Counted from the first letter of the whole stretch, positions 38,852 through 53,785 are shown. The stretch: 55,003 nt of DNA, filler included, from Sluysia triapertura (GCA_046118255.1; 4 parts of 4 records of this genome joined end to end with filler, not necessarily neighbours in it); one strand, 5' to 3'. Made by a program: numbers and translations. Notes: generated from the letters alone by a model not told the origin.

Positions 38852-38951
38852 NNNNNNNNNNNNNNNNNNNNNNNNNNNNNNNNNNNNNNNNNNNNTTAAT
38901 TAATTAANNNNNNNNNNNNNNNNNNNNNNNNNNNNNNNNNNNNNNNNNNNN
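38852..38951. other. Artificial scaffold join (44 N + TTAATTAATTAA + 44 N)
   Basis: Same linker as the two above; followed by a (TA)n(TG)n microsatellite. Confidence 0.95.
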
Positions 38952-38964
38952 TTTTTAATTTTTA

Positions 38965-39021
<57 letters not shown>

Positions 39022-40168
39022 ATGTATTGTACAATTTATAATATATGGATGAAAAAGCTGCCATAAAAATCAAATTGTAATATATTTTGTAAAAACAAAA
39101 AACTAAATATAGCAAAACATGCTACATGTCGATAAAATTATGTAAGAATTTCGATTTTTAATTCTTTTGTTGGGATATTAAAATAAAATACCAAATTGTA
39201 TCCAAGTTGATAACAATAAACCTATATGTCTCATGATGTTTATTGTTATAGAAAAGTAATTATTTGAATTTCTATAGCCCGTATGCAAAATGTTTGACCT
39301 GCTTGGTAAATATGGTAAATATATTTCAAACGACTTACACTGTTCTTGATAATATTTGGCAAAAGCTTTTGATATTTTTTCTAATGACTGAATAGCATCC
39401 GAATGACCACAATCACTTTCGTCATTGGATTTGTAATGGATTTGTTTGTCTCATAGTCAGAGTCAAAAGCAATCGTTTGTATGGTATTCAAAATCGTAAG
39501 TAATAGTACGGATGGATAATTAGGCTGTCTCGTACCACAAAAGAGAAAAGCATCGCTAATGCAACGATAAAAAGAGACGAGAATAAAACAATAAAAACAA
39601 TACTCCTGTTATTATGCTCTTGCTAACGTTACGAACTATTACGATTTAGCTAATGTTTTGGAACAAGAAAATTTCATGCGTAGGTGAAAAAAGTTGAATA
39701 AGTGAGAGTGAGAAGTATTATTGTTTTGTAGGAAATGTGTTATTTAAATATTTGATATAAGGTATTGAGATTAATATATTGTGAATGATGTATTTAACAT
39801 ATTGTGATTGATTGTTTATATGATGTGTGTAGATTATTTAAGTGGGCGATTTCTGTTTTTGTGTGTGGATAGGGTAATATAAAATTATGAAGTAAAAAAA
39901 TATAATTGATGGGAAATTGTATAATCTCTTTAGAAATAAGAGATGACCAACTATGCTCCGACATTAACAGATATTGACCAAATAAAATGGTATGTGAATG
40001 GTAATAATTTACTTTTAAAGGTTATTTTGTCAAAATTGTCATATCGAAACATTTTTAATTTTAGCAGCCTTAAAAATTTCACACACAATAATATTATTTA
40101 GTAAAATTTTTTTTCTTTCGTGTAAATACAAAAATTATTTATAAAATATGACATCTTTAATATTTCAG

Positions 40169-40248
40169 ATATTCAACAATTAAAATTAATATTGGAAATT
40201 CTAGGCAGCCCCAGCAATGAAGACAAATCCTGGATTATTAATGAAAAA
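40169..40248 (+). CDS. MAP kinase (ERK-like sequence) internal coding exon, kinase subdomain X, 80 nt
   Basis: tttcag|AT ATT CAA...GAA AAA|gtaatt encodes IQQLKLILEILGSPSNEDKSWIINEK (compare ERK [25 protein letters not shown]). Length and phase match the equivalent 80-nt exon of p38-type MAPK genes. Confidence 0.9.
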
Positions 40249-42899
40249 GTAATTTATTTATTTATTTATTAAATTTATCACGATGCCAAAAAAATGCACA
40301 AGCAATTACTTATTTCTAAAAAGATTAAAACTCAATACTATCAGTAAATTAAGTCTACACAAAACTGAAAATAAAGCATACAAAAAGAATAAAAATAGTT
40401 ACAAATTATATTTTTCTGATAATTTCTATGTAAACCACATAATTACTTTTCAAAAAGGAAAAATACTTCCTGAAACAACCTACAATAAATAAGTACAATA
40501 ACTAAAGGGGACTATATTTCAATTAAATTAAGTTAATTCAAACATTATACGTTTTATAGTTTCAGCTCAAAAATCTTAGTACTTTGTAGTTTACAATGTC
40601 AAACAAAATCAATTAATACCAAATAGTACTAAATACCAAATGAAATCAAATGGTATCGGTTATTTTTGACATCCAGATAAACTAAATTAACATTAACTCT
40701 CAAATAATATATAAGTTGTTAAATATCTCTGTATTATGTTTGTAACTCTAATAATTGTTAGTAGAAGGCATTGCTTTATACAGTGTTTTCTACCAATATT
40801 ACAAAATGGTTAATAAAATTTTCATTTCATTCTATAATAACTTTTCTGTACTTAATTTCTTCCTATATTTAAATTTTATTGTGTGACTATTACTATAGTT
40901 AAAAGATTCGAATATATGCATTATCGCTATAACATGACCAATTTCATTTATGCATTAATTAATTTTCTCTTACAACATGGGTTTGCCACATACTTTATTT
41001 ATGTATTAATATGTATTCGTTTTGTATTAATATGTTAGTTCGTGTTCGATATTCGTTTTTTATTTTTATTTTAATAAAATCAGAATTTTTTTCCTACCGT
41101 CTTTTTGCCTTTAGTTTATTTTTATCATTTTAAAATGATACATTTTTATTGAGAATAATTGCACTGCACTAATTGTAATATAAATTCAATATTAAGATAA
41201 TAATGCAGAATATTTAAAAATTAGATTGATATTTCTTGAAAAAAATATCTCATTAGAAGCGATGCAGTACTTACGGAGATAGTTGATGAGTCTTCATTTT
41301 AAAATACTAATAGACCTGATTGTCCAGGAATCATTTTGAGAAGGCAGATAAAGCGTATGAAGAAAATGTGGGTAAAATTCCTCATTTTAGACAAGCAATA
41401 GCTGGTCTTATGGGAGCTTCTTATGTTATAGTAATTATTAAAACTTTATTTCAGCAATTGATATCCACGTATGAATTTATAAAGTTATTGGATTGAGTTG
41501 GAAATTAGTTTTGGGTCTATTGAAACCATTTGTGTCCAATCATTTTCATAAAAGAATAGTGAAATTGGAACAAGATCAAATAAGTGTGAATGCATTTCCA
41601 ACAAATAATGAAAATAGGGAAATAGATAAAAAGACAAATCAGCAAACAAAACTTCAAGAAAAGACGTAGACCATTATTATATTGGGTTTGGTTAAAAATG
41701 AGGAGGAACACAGAGGTTATAACTCACAATATGGAAATGAAATAAGTATCATTGAATTGTGATAAAATAAGTGTACAAAATATTTAAATCAAAATAAAAG
41801 AATGAAAGATACGAAAATGTGATATAAGGTCTTATTTGTTAAAATATTAAAATACATTTGTTAATTAATTTAATTGATAATTGTTTAATTCGATAACTTA
41901 GTGAAAAAAATTTGCGTAAGATAAAATAACATTAGAATTAGTGTTTAATGCTGAGTTTAATTAATATTCTTAATGTTGATGTATTACGAAACACGTCGAC
42001 GCAGATAACGTAAAAATGAATTATTTAATTAGTTTTTATATTTTCTGATGATTACGTATAATTAAAGTATATATTAAATTGGTTCTCATTAAGATGCCAA
42101 CGCTAACATGTTATTGAAATCAACGTGCGACGTACAGTTGACGCTTAACGTATAGCATATATGATTTCTATGGAAAATAAATTTAGTATTTCATTAATTT
42201 TATCTTTATTTTAAGTTGATAAATTGTGTTATTAACAGAATATTCATGTAATAACGATGTTAAATTTTGATTTCATTATTTTAAAAAGATAAAAGGATTG
42301 TTTATCACAAATCCCATTTTCATTGGAAATTGGAAACCGACGGAAATTACTATTGAAATATAATTATTAAAATGGGTCGCTTATGACCGACTAAAAAGGA
42401 TGAATGGTTTTATAAGTAATTATTTCCATTTTCCTATTTTTAATTTCCTAAACAATTACCAAACTGTGCATTTTTGTCATAAAATCAGAATAAGGTAGCT
42501 GAGCTAAAGAGAAAACTGGGCATATACAACTTTATCTCCATTAGGAGGCTGCTTCAACATCTTCAGTGATTGATTAAACTTTAAAAACAGTGGTTTAATT
42601 GTTGAGGTTAGTCATTTACGTTATTCTTATTTTATTAGTTTTAATACGGCGTCAACATTTATCGTATTGTTACCCTTGGATTTTATAGGTTTAGCACATA
42701 AGATAGCGATTTATAATTGTTGAAATTGTGTAGAGTATATTGTAATAAAGAACAGTTGAGTTTATAGATTAGAGTATATTGTTATAAATGAGCAATTGAC
42801 AAATTATTGCAATAATTGAGAATATGCTGAGATTCCAATTTTGAATTTGAAACTTACAGTTAACGATTGGTCTATTATCGAATCATTTAACTAAAACGA

Positions 42900-43960
42900 G
42901 TGAGTAGGAATTTCAAACTGATTCGTACATATTCCGAAATTCCATATTTATGAGTTTTTTGATCATATTCTGTGAATAGGTCGAATGAGCTAAGGAAAAT
43001 GATCTTTGCATATCTTGTATAATCGTAAAATGTTCAGCAAAACCCCGACTAATAATATGATATATAGATTCTGTGAATTTTCACATGGTTAATATTAAAT
43101 TCAATCCTAATTAATTTGGTTTTAATTTGAGGCAATAAATTAGGTTCAATATAACTATTAATAACTTTGATATTAATATTATCTTGTCGATTCAAATTGT
43201 CATAAGAGTCTTTGCACACGTTTTTAAAGTGATATTATTAAACGAATTTTGAGCATCATACGGATTCCCTGATATTTTGCCATATGAATTAATTAGTGAT
43301 TCACTAGCACCTTGTTCCACATTTGAAGTAGTTTTAGAGTTGTACACGAATTTATTGGACATATTAGTTCTAATACTAAATTTATACTTCGAGACAGCCA
43401 TTTTCACAATTTTCAAGATCCATTTTTGTTTATTGATTAGAAAAAAGTATTAGAAATTTTTCAAAAAATTGAATTAGTACAAAAATTTTTATTAATCCCA
43501 ACGTAAAGTAATCAGTAAGTTCGTTGGGCTGTTAGTAATTATTTCAACAAAAAAATCAATTTAATACTTGTTCAATCTTCAATCTTGAACCACATTATAT
43601 GACATTTTTATATTGTGCTTTTTCAATCTACAATCAAATTCTTTAGGATCACAAACTGGTATCATGAATCGAATAATTTGAGCTGCTTCCTTAGGTATAC
43701 AATTTATCTGCACTAATATTTTATGACAAACTGGACAACGATTTAATGAAAACAGATCATTGTTGTGCATCTTCTTTATGCGAGATTTATGTTTTGCGTG
43801 TTCGTCGTCTATATTTACATTTCATTTCTTCTAGCCGATACATTTTGCAATGTTGTAATTGCCGAAGTGTTTTTTTACTTTGCAAGTTGGTATTTCTCGA
43901 ACTTGAACTAGTTGAACTACCTTCATAATGATGTCCCACGTAGGTCTTCAATACATTATG
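42900..43960 (-). mobile_element. Possible Helitron/Helentron RepHel N-terminal remnant
   Basis: A basic K/R-rich stretch followed by RCPVCHKIL, KFSIRTNM, GKISGN and LIRP, in the order expected for Helitron N-terminal regions. No Rep or helicase motifs are seen. Confidence 0.35.
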
Positions 43961-45072
43961 ATATTCATATAAATTTGTTGTACATACGAATTTAATTATT
44001 ATTTTTTTATATACATAAATAACAAGGCTGTAATATAAGATGACAGTAAATGTCTTTCGTAATTCTTCTGTTTCTTTTTTGTAATTATGAGTTTAATTGA
44101 TGATGAAGTTTCTGTAATAAATGCATTTTGTTCCAGAACACGAGTAATCAGAATTAGACATTGAAAAGATATATTTATTTTCATTAAATTGTCAGAAGGT
44201 TCATAAAACGATTTAATAGATTAATTATTAGTAAAATTTAATCGAAGAATAAACGATAACAGGCCGTTAATGATATATTAAAAAGACACAAAAAAAAATA
44301 AAACAAACATCGTAAATATTAACAAGGATGAAACAAGAACGATCGAATTTATAGATATTCTGAAAGTAAATTTAATAGACAATGCCAGTGATTCGCTAGT
44401 AACATAAGATGAAACAGATCCACATTGTTAATTTCGATCCAAATAATTGAATTCGCTAACTTGTAGCCTCGATTAGGTTCTACAACCGCAGGTTCCACGT
44501 TCATCATTACACATTAATGAGGTGGTATAAAAATGTAAACACCTCTTTAACTGTAATATAATTACCTTTACTTTTATCATATTCAGCAGTTGGTGATTCC
44601 AAAACAGAATGATCCCTTTGAAAACTCGTTTGGTGATTAGATAATACCTTTTGGTATTGAATAACAAATAGAATAACTTGTATTTCGATAACAATCAAAA
44701 GAGCAATTCCTTTTAATTTGTTAGCCAATTTTAACATCTCCAAAAGTTTTTAAAATTGATGCTATACTTGACTTTTTTATTAATAATTATAGTTCATAAT
44801 CACAATAGCAACACAATAACAAAGTAATAATAATAACGTTAATAATAAAATGATAAAAATAAAGTGGCAATAAGTTACGTGATATATTATGCACAGTGTG
44901 TTTCAAAAGTATTCAATACAACCAGTTATTAAAGAGAGTTAATATTATATAATTTTAATGACAGTTCTTTCTATTTCAGTGATATTCTAGCGAATGATTT
45001 ATCTGAGGCGTTTTTGCATATAGTATAAAATGCTGAAGCTTAAGGACAAAATAAAATCAATTAAGCTTCGAA

Positions 45073-45420
45073 TGTAGAGTAACTCACAATCTCGTTATTT
45101 TTATAATGTAATACTAGAAAATGATAAATTCCTGAAATGTTATAAAATATTTATGAAGCAAAATACTCGTAGACAAACATACATACATAATTATGAAGAG
45201 ATTAAAAGGAGATAAATTGGGATGATGCAAATTTAACAAGTCTTAATAATAATAATAATAGATAAATTTAACAAAATATGATATTATTTGAATTGTGTTT
45301 GTATTGTTTAGTGTTTTGATATGTTGTAGTTTGTTTAATAACTTGTTTATGCAAGATATGTTAATTTGTGTCGGTGTTTGCTTGTGATTAGTTCTGTAAT
45401 TTGATCCTGAGTTCACTAAA
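45073..45420. mobile_element. LTR-like segment related to the solo LTR at 22827
   Basis: Inverted termini TGTAGAGTAACTC / GAGTTCACTAAA. Shares tttagtgtttt, gttaatttgtg, tgtgatt and gagttcacta with the reverse complement of 22827-22950. A purine tract (AGTAGGGAGAAG) abuts it on the minus strand. Confidence 0.5.
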
Positions 45421-45699
45421 CTTCTCCCTACTAATTTTCCCGCTACACTATCTACTCATAATACATTAAAGTGCATTGCTTAATTAATTTAATTGAAAAA
45501 TGTTTAATTTCATAATTTAATTATTGAGTTATTATTGAATAAATACAACAATTCCCAAAAATATATATGAATAAATATTGAGAACAAGTATAGTTCTATA
45601 ACAAAGAAACCACTATAGTAATCTGTATTAAAGAAAATCAGGAAATTTTAAACTCTAATATCGCTTCTTTTGTTAGAATTCTACATGTTACAGATGGTT

Positions 45700-47560
45700 T
45701 GGCTGCAAATCCAACTATTTAAATTCAAGTAAACAATGAATGGAAATTGGCTTTAATTGATACTAGCTCGTCACCAAATCTTTTGGATTACGCAGAACTT
45801 GAATTTTACAAAGACGATCATCAAAATTATTGTAATGCCGAAATACTATCACATCAATAGAAATGATAAATTGTACTGTGAATGCCGGAAAAGAATATCA
45901 CTCAAAATGTATTGGTTGCAAAACAAATCTACCCTATGTATTATAAGAATGAGTACATTGTCTTATTTAAAAGACAGTTTTTTGATCCCTCAATTAGTAA
46001 ATTACGATTCGATAATAAATGAATAGATAATTCCTAGAAATGCTATTACCGTTTAATATAAGATATTCTAATGTGTTATTAAGAAAATGAACATATGTTA
46101 GATTCTTATCATCTATAAAATTAATTGAGAATCTTGTAAAAGCCACTCAATTCGACAACCAGTGGAAACCCAATTTGATTATTTAACGCTTGAGGTTAAA
46201 CAAAACACTGACAAAATTATTTATAAAATTTCAAACATTCTTTGCCAAAAATTAAACTGAATTAAGAAGAACAAATATTATAAAACATCATATACCATTT
46301 ATTGATGAAAATCCTATAAAAAAAACCTCATAGGTTAGCTTGCACTATGACAGATGAAATTATTAAACAAATTGAAAGCCTGCAACAAAATCAAGTAATC
46401 CGTCGCAGTTTTCCACCATGGACTTCTCCAATAATTGTGGTAAAAAAGAAAGATGGAAAATTCCGATTTTATGTAGATTATGGAAAATTAAGTAGGGTTA
46501 CGGACTTAATTCCATTACCAAGAATTGACGAAATGTAAGATAAACTTATTAATTCGAGTTTTTTTACATCTACAGATTTTCAGGCTTATTATTGGCAAAT
46601 CGAAATCGCGGAAAATAAATTTAAAATGCATTTGTTACACATAACGGCTTATTCGAGTTCAATATCCTTCCTTTTGGATTGACAGGAGGTTCATCAACTT
46701 TTCAGAAATGCATGGATGTAACATGTGCTATACTAATGATATCCTTATTTATTCAATTTATTTTTTAGAATATATAAATATATCTCAAGTTTTACAGCGA
46801 CTCGAAATTGCAAGTTTAAAAATTAAACCAAATAAATATGAATGGACTAAAGTTAGTATAACATATTTGCTTCATATTATATGAAAACACGGAATTCAAC
46901 CAAACCCAGAAATGTTGAAATAAAAAATTTTATACACCAAATTCTGTTAAAAAATTACCGAAATTATTATCGAAAGTTTTTAGAGAGTTTCGCAAAAATA
47001 GCTCAATCTCTATATAATTTAATAAAAAAAGGAATCAAAATTTAATTGGACAGTATCGGAAATCATTTGAAGAATTGAAAGAAAAACTTATGAATTATCT
47101 TATTTTAAGATTTCCAGACATGAGGCGTCCTTTTATTATAATAGACAGTGGATATGACATAGGTGTATCGGATAAAACGAAGCCGATGATAGTAAAGGTG
47201 ATAGCGTATGCAATTCGAATAATAAAGAATCATGAGAAAAATTATGCAACACTTGAAAAAGAAGCCTTAGCAATTATATTTGCCGCAAAACAAATATAAT
47301 TATTATATATTTGTATACAAATCAAAAACAACTCTACAATGTTTAATATCTCACAATGATACATCATCAAGATTAATTCATTGGTCACTATTATTACAAG
47401 AATATAATATAGAAATTAAATATCGACAATATGCAGTTTTGTGCCTCGTAGAGATAAAGGTGAAACATGCCTTGCAGTTTTAATGGGTAACTATGACACA
47501 ACTCATTTAATAGCTAAACAGAAGGATGAATTAAGAAATATAATGACAAATCTTTTTGAG
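45700..47560 (+). mobile_element. Decayed Ty3/Gypsy pol fragment (protease, RT, RNase H)
   Basis: Protease IQVNNEWKLALIDTSSS. RT PWTSPIIVVKKKDGKFRFYVDY..PLPRIDEM, YWQIEI, GLFEFNILPFGL and YTNDILIYS. RNase H LRFPDMRRPF..EKNYATLEKEALAIIFA, RLIHWSLLLQEYNIEIKYR. Confidence 0.92.
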
Positions 47561-47879
47561 CGAAAGGTTTAATCAATATTGCTGTTAAAGTTTTTAAAAA
47601 ATAATTTGTCAAATGTATGATATATGACTACTCATTTTTTGCATGATGTTCAACGAAATGGTTTTGGAAGTGCTGTTTTGTTAGATTAGCTGTGTTTATT
47701 ATCTTATGTTACATTTTGAAAGTAACAACGACATGTTTACCTGAATCGTTGCAAAGTGATAAAAAAATGATTTTACGACATCAAACAATGTTGCCATAAA
47801 ATTTATGGTGAACAATTGTTACGAATTTTTGTACCGACGATTGTTATCTTATTGCCACATTATCAACACTAAATTACAT

Positions 47880-48305
47880 ATTTTCAACATGAATTTTATG
47901 CTATTAACATTATATGTTCAAATGCGAACACTAAAAATGATAGTAATTTTAACGATGTGTTTTTAAAGATATTAACTAAATTAACTACTAATGGAAATAG
48001 ATTATACATAAACTTTAATAGTATAAACAGAAGACAATATTTTACATTAACAGATAAAACAAAGTTACGTGATGCAATTAATAATTTACTTTGTGAATGT
48101 GAAAGAGACAATTATCCTATTAGTAATGCAACTTACACCTATTTGTACAACTTACACGAATAACATTATTTTTTTACGGTGTAAGAATAAAAATTGATAT
48201 TAGTCAAATAAAGCTGAACGGTTGTGATAAGAAATTTCGTGGAGTCTACTTAATTGGTATACATCATTGTTATGCGAAATCGTTTTGTGGAGATAAGCAA
48301 GAATG
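47880..48305 (+). pseudogene. Possible decayed von Willebrand factor A (VWA) domain fragment
   Basis: NFNDVFLKILTKL..NRLYINFNS..FTLTDKTKLRDAINNL..RGVYLIGI follows the VWA secondary-structure pattern. The MIDAS DxSxS motif is not conserved, and there is a stop and a frameshift. Confidence 0.4.
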
Positions 48306-50719
48306 AGCCAGTTTTCTGTTTATTAGGCAAAAGTTATATTAGAATTACGATATTTCATTTGATCAATTAATTTTTTGTGTGGTGTTTTTTCTCGTTATAG
48401 GTTAATTAGCCCTGCAAATTTAGTTTTGCCAGGCCCTAAGCTGGCTTTTCATTCATTAAAAAGAATTAAATTAAAATTAAGATGAATTAATAAAAAAAAT
48501 ATGCGCTTTCACGATTCAATGTTATAAGCATCTCACAAACTAATTTATTAAGCAGATAACTTTCTGCCAAAATATTTCCTTTAATCAACTGGATTTTCTT
48601 GTGCTATTTTCCACAGTTTCCACGTATTTTTTGAATTAAATAATTTTTCGAATTTAAGTTATTTACCTTATTGAAACAAAATGAATAATTTGCAAAATTA
48701 AGAATAAAATATAAATATATTCTTTCTTTCTGATTAATATTTTAATTATACTTTATTTTCGGATTATTTTATTTAAAAAAGTAAATAAAAATAAAATTTT
48801 AATTAATTCATAATTACGGAATGTTAAATTTTTCATTTTCGGAACAATGAAAATATGAATTGAAAATGAAATGATTACTGTGAAAGAGAAGAATCTATAA
48901 ACGAGTTTGAATTTTTGTAGAATGATTTGTTGTATATTAGAAAATTGGATGTAAACAATCGAAAATCAATTGAATTCTAAAAACTAAAATTAAATTCATT
49001 TAACAATACTGGTAATAGTTACTTTAATTTCAGGAACAATTTAAAGCATAAACAGATAGGATAGAGTAAAGTTTATGATAATAAAGTTTGACAGGGCGTA
49101 CCATGTAATTGTCAAAGTTATTATTGTCAGTTTAATTCTCAAAGAATGTTCAAATGATTTGTGTGCGAACTTTGGATTGCAAAAACTCAAGAAAGTATAA
49201 AAGGGAATACTTAAAATATTGCAACACTAATTATTATTTCACAAGTAGTGGACACCAAATGATCCTTTGAATATCCATGTTTTGGGTAAAATTTTAATTT
49301 TAATTTTGTAACCTTATTTTTGAATAAAATAGTTTTCAGGAAAGTTTTTTATGAGTAATTTTATTCATTGGTTCATTGTTAATTGTTATCATAAAAGTAG
49401 TTGTTAATTGTTTAATGTCAATTTATTTTTATAGCGGTTTATAGATATTTTAGCTGTTCCAAATATTGGATCACTATTTCTACCAGAATATGGTACGTGT
49501 GCTTGAAATACATTGGATGGTCTACATATTGCTTTGGTATTCAACAATTTCTCTGATATTATGAAGAATCTGAATGCTTTTAACGACTATCAAAGATATT
49601 TAACTGTGAATTTTGTTAAATGAGAGAGATATCTTACGTTTTAATCTTTAGGATTATTTTTAGTTTGATTCACTGTCAAATCGAACTTTGATGTCGACTG
49701 GGTAAAACTTAGCATTATATAGACATTAAATATGTAGATAAAGACCTGTGAAGAAATGTGAATGTCTCTTTCTACCAAATAATAATGTAATACCTGGACA
49801 CAAGCATGGTGCATGTTGCATTCACACCAGATACATTTTATAGGTTCTTTCAATCTGATGCTTTCCCGATATAATTGTAAAGCATTACTTTTTGTTTTTA
49901 ATATTAATTTTCAGCAATTATTTATAAGTTTAAATTTATGCAATCTGGTGGAATATACTAGGTAATTTTGTCATTTTAATGCATATTCTTTGACATTTTA
50001 TGTTGTTCCAGAATTGTTTGGTAAACTTTCATCAAATCATGAAAATATTTACCAGTTTTATTTTTATTTCTAATAATAGCATCAATTATACTACTTATCT
50101 AAATTTACCTTACAAATTTTATTTACACTAGTTTCAATCATAAAAATATCTACATATTCCATTCTTTTTAATCAGTATTCGATAATTTCTTTATTAATTA
50201 TTTATTTATAAGCATCAAAATGAAAATAAATATTTTTTTCATTTATATTGTTTTTGTAGGCGTATTTCTTTACATACTATTTATTTTATTGTAATAAACA
50301 ACTCGAAATCGCCATTTTTATAATAGAGAGATTATTTTATGTAGGTTGGAAATAACAAATTTATTATTTACTTAAACTGTTATTAAATTTTATGTTAATT
50401 TTACTGAATTAAGTGAATTATATTGAGGACGGTATGTCATGAAAAGTAAATAAATTGAATTCTAGCATATTTTTTGTAATTATTTAATAAAAAAGTTATA
50501 TTCATAACAGAATACATAAAAATTAAATAGAATTTTGTGGACATTTTTTTTGCTTGTAATTTGTTATACGATACTCTATGAAATTCCAAAAACATGAATT
50601 TCCTTCATCTGTGCTCAATGTGTTAATTTTATAAAATACTTACATTATATAAAAATGAAAATTTTTAGTAAAAGATAATGTTAATATTTTATTTCGTTAG
50701 CTATTTAAAGCCTTCCTTG

Positions 50720-51090
50720 TTCATTCCGTACATTTACGGGGTAACTAAAACTGACCAGAGCATATATATGGACCAAAACAATCAAACGAAAAAATAAGTG
50801 TAATCTTCATAATATTTATAAAACAACGTCGGAAATATTTTTATACACAACTTTTATTATTTAATATTACATTGTATGTTTTATTACTCTGTCTAGTTTT
50901 ATTTTTTTATAATTTAAACTAAAACAAACCATTTTCACTAATAAAAAATAGCCAGTTTTCGACCATACACTTGAAAAATAAATAAATGGGGAAAGGCTTA
51001 AGTGCAATAAATTTATGAACGAGAATCCAAACTTTAAAACAACATTGTTACAACAAAATATTGAGTTAAGTAAAAAATTTAGCCGTATGT
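50720..51090 (+). mobile_element. Possible pogo/Fot1-like transposon remnant
   Basis: Terminus-like CCGTA..CGGGGTAAC and peptide GERLKCNKFMNENPNF, which resembles pogo GxxW..FMKRNP. Confidence 0.3.
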
Positions 51091-53003
51091 AATTATCATG
51101 ATTAATAATAAAATTGAATTCACTTACACTATCTTATAAGGTGCTTTTTGGTTGATACTGGACTATGGCCAATTAATTTTTAATATTCTTCATAACAACT
51201 TTGCTGTAATCAGTTTCTGCCTGTAGTTAGTACAATAAATTATGTATGTCATCTTATTCTAAGTACCTTTGCGGTTAAACGTCAAATTTCTCCTGTTTAA
51301 TGGTTAATTACATTCTATATTATAGTATAAGTACTTACGTTCGCCTTATGAAAGTATTAATTTATCGGTTTTTCACGCTTTAATGGTGTTATCATGCAAT
51401 CCGTAAGTGTTCTAATTAAGTGCTAATTCCAGATTCCAGATTCCAGACCATTTTTCTTAGTGTCTCCTTTTAGTTTTTTGTTTTTATTTTGTAACTTAAA
51501 GATATTTACTCAATGTTTCTTTTAAGAAAAAGCTGTTTTTTATGTATTTAAGTTTGTTTTGGTTTTTTGTTGGCGTTTAAAAAATTTTATACTTTTTAAT
51601 ATTTTATTAATATAATTATACTTTATTTGGTATTTTAATTATTTTATGTAATTGTTTAATTATTTTAATATAGTGAGTTCCGCGTAGTTTCGTATTGCTG
51701 ATTTTGTGATTTTTTTGATAAATGAAAAATTCAAGTTGTTTTTTAAAATATACAAATAGATCAAAACAATATAAACATTGTTCGTCACATAGTCTTTGCA
51801 AGTAAAAAATTAATACGTTTATAAATTTTTTCTAATAAAACCTTTATTAAAAGAATATTATCGCTTTGCACTTAAAAGAAATATATACACATTTCTCTAA
51901 AATGAAACTCAATAATATAATTTAAGTAGAAATTATGATTCTATTAACACTAAATTTTTATTACTGCACTTGTAAACAAAATATATTCAATATTTTAGAT
52001 GATTACGATTTATTGTGACATTTGTATTCTGCGATTGACTTTTTGATGTGTAAATTGGAAGTTTATTTATAAGACCATCTTGTATTATTATGTAATTGAA
52101 TGGTTTGCCCGATATACATACCTGAATATTTGAATATTTCGAAGAAGTATAATCATTAAACTATTTTAATTATGCATAATAAGTTATATAAATAATAAGT
52201 TATCAATTTAATATAAATTTTAAATAATTTTAAGTTTTAAATTTATTACGTGGAATAAATATTTTATATTAATTTAAAAACCATTTATAAATATTTATAA
52301 ATAATGAAGGAAATAAAGAGCGCATAAAAGAAAGACTGATATCATTGGCTCCACCTTTAAGGAAAAACGTAGTGTTTTATATCATTTCTCTATGAGAACG
52401 TTATCTCACAAAGGTTCGCTGTCGCACTTAATCCAAAATGATTTTTATAAACAATGCAGAAATATGTTTATTCACATGTATACATATCGTTTTAGAAATA
52501 CTGATTTAATTTATTGAAGATCGGGCATAGCACATATGATAGAGTCATCTAAATATAACTTAGTTATGAAGAAATTTGTCACTCACTCTTACCTTGTTGA
52601 ATTTTTATGTTTATAATTACTAGGCACAACCTTTATTTTTCAGAAGATACCTATAATTTTTCACATTACAATTACCTTTTGACTAATAATATTAAATCTA
52701 TTCGAATATCAAATAAATGTTTTTTCTCGAATCATTCTTTCTCCTTTAATTTTACATTTCTTTATGTTTATGACTTCTGTAGCTCAATCCCCGCAGAAAA
52801 GCGATTTGGATTTGATAATATTACATACAAAAAATAGTATATTAACAATGTTTAATATATATCTACATTACGATAAGTACTTATGAAACACATCACATGT
52901 ACTTGCGTTTATTAAAAGTTGCTTTTTTATAATTTACTTTTCATCAAGTTGAATATTTGAATTTTTCATTCTTGATATTACCTTCTTCTTCTTCTTCTTC
53001 TTC

Positions 53004-53056
<53 letters not shown>

Positions 53057-53730
53057 GTGGTTTTCTTATGAACCAGGTTTGCAAATTGTAATGCTAACTT
53101 AAGTGTTCGTCTACAATATGCGGCTTAAAACATCAAGTAGAAGTTTAAGTAGATATATGAATATTAAAGTGAAGAAAGGGTCTGTAATACGTTAATCCTC
53201 TTTGCTATCGGTTATTAGAAAATATATCTAGTGCACTTTTTTAAATCTAATTGAACATAAATCAAAATAATTGTAAATCGTTTTATTAATGAATCTACAG
53301 AAAAGTATTTGCGATAAATAAATAAGTAGCAACTCTACAGAACCTTATATTGTAAATTAATTCAAATATTAAGAATAATATATTAAATTATCTGAATATT
53401 TATTTAGTGTTACATAAATAAGGAAATTCTTAAATTATTAATTGAATATTGGTTTAATAAACTATGTCAACAAAAACTGTCGTACAATTAATTTGCATTT
53501 ATTTAAATTCTGTGTAAATATTGTTGTACAATTCCGTACCAAATTTGCTACTAATCATGTGCCAAAAACTCTTGCGTACTTTTATTAACTTATATTCTTA
53601 GGTGATTTTCACGTAGGTGTATAATCATGTCATTTGTATAATATTCATAATCATAATCACAATCATCATCATCATCATCATATAGTCACAATCATATTAT
53701 TTTTTAAGTATAGCCTGAAAATGGCTAGAT

Positions 53731-53785
<55 letters not shown>

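Noticed and set aside
41300-41620. DEG/ENaC TM2-like peptide (AGLMGAS..LISTYEFI)
   Set aside because: The match is short, needs an assumed micro-intron, and is followed by stops.
49790-49853. PHD/C1 zinc-finger half (CIWCECNMHHAC) on the minus strand
   Set aside because: The remaining ligands are missing and no gene structure can be supported.
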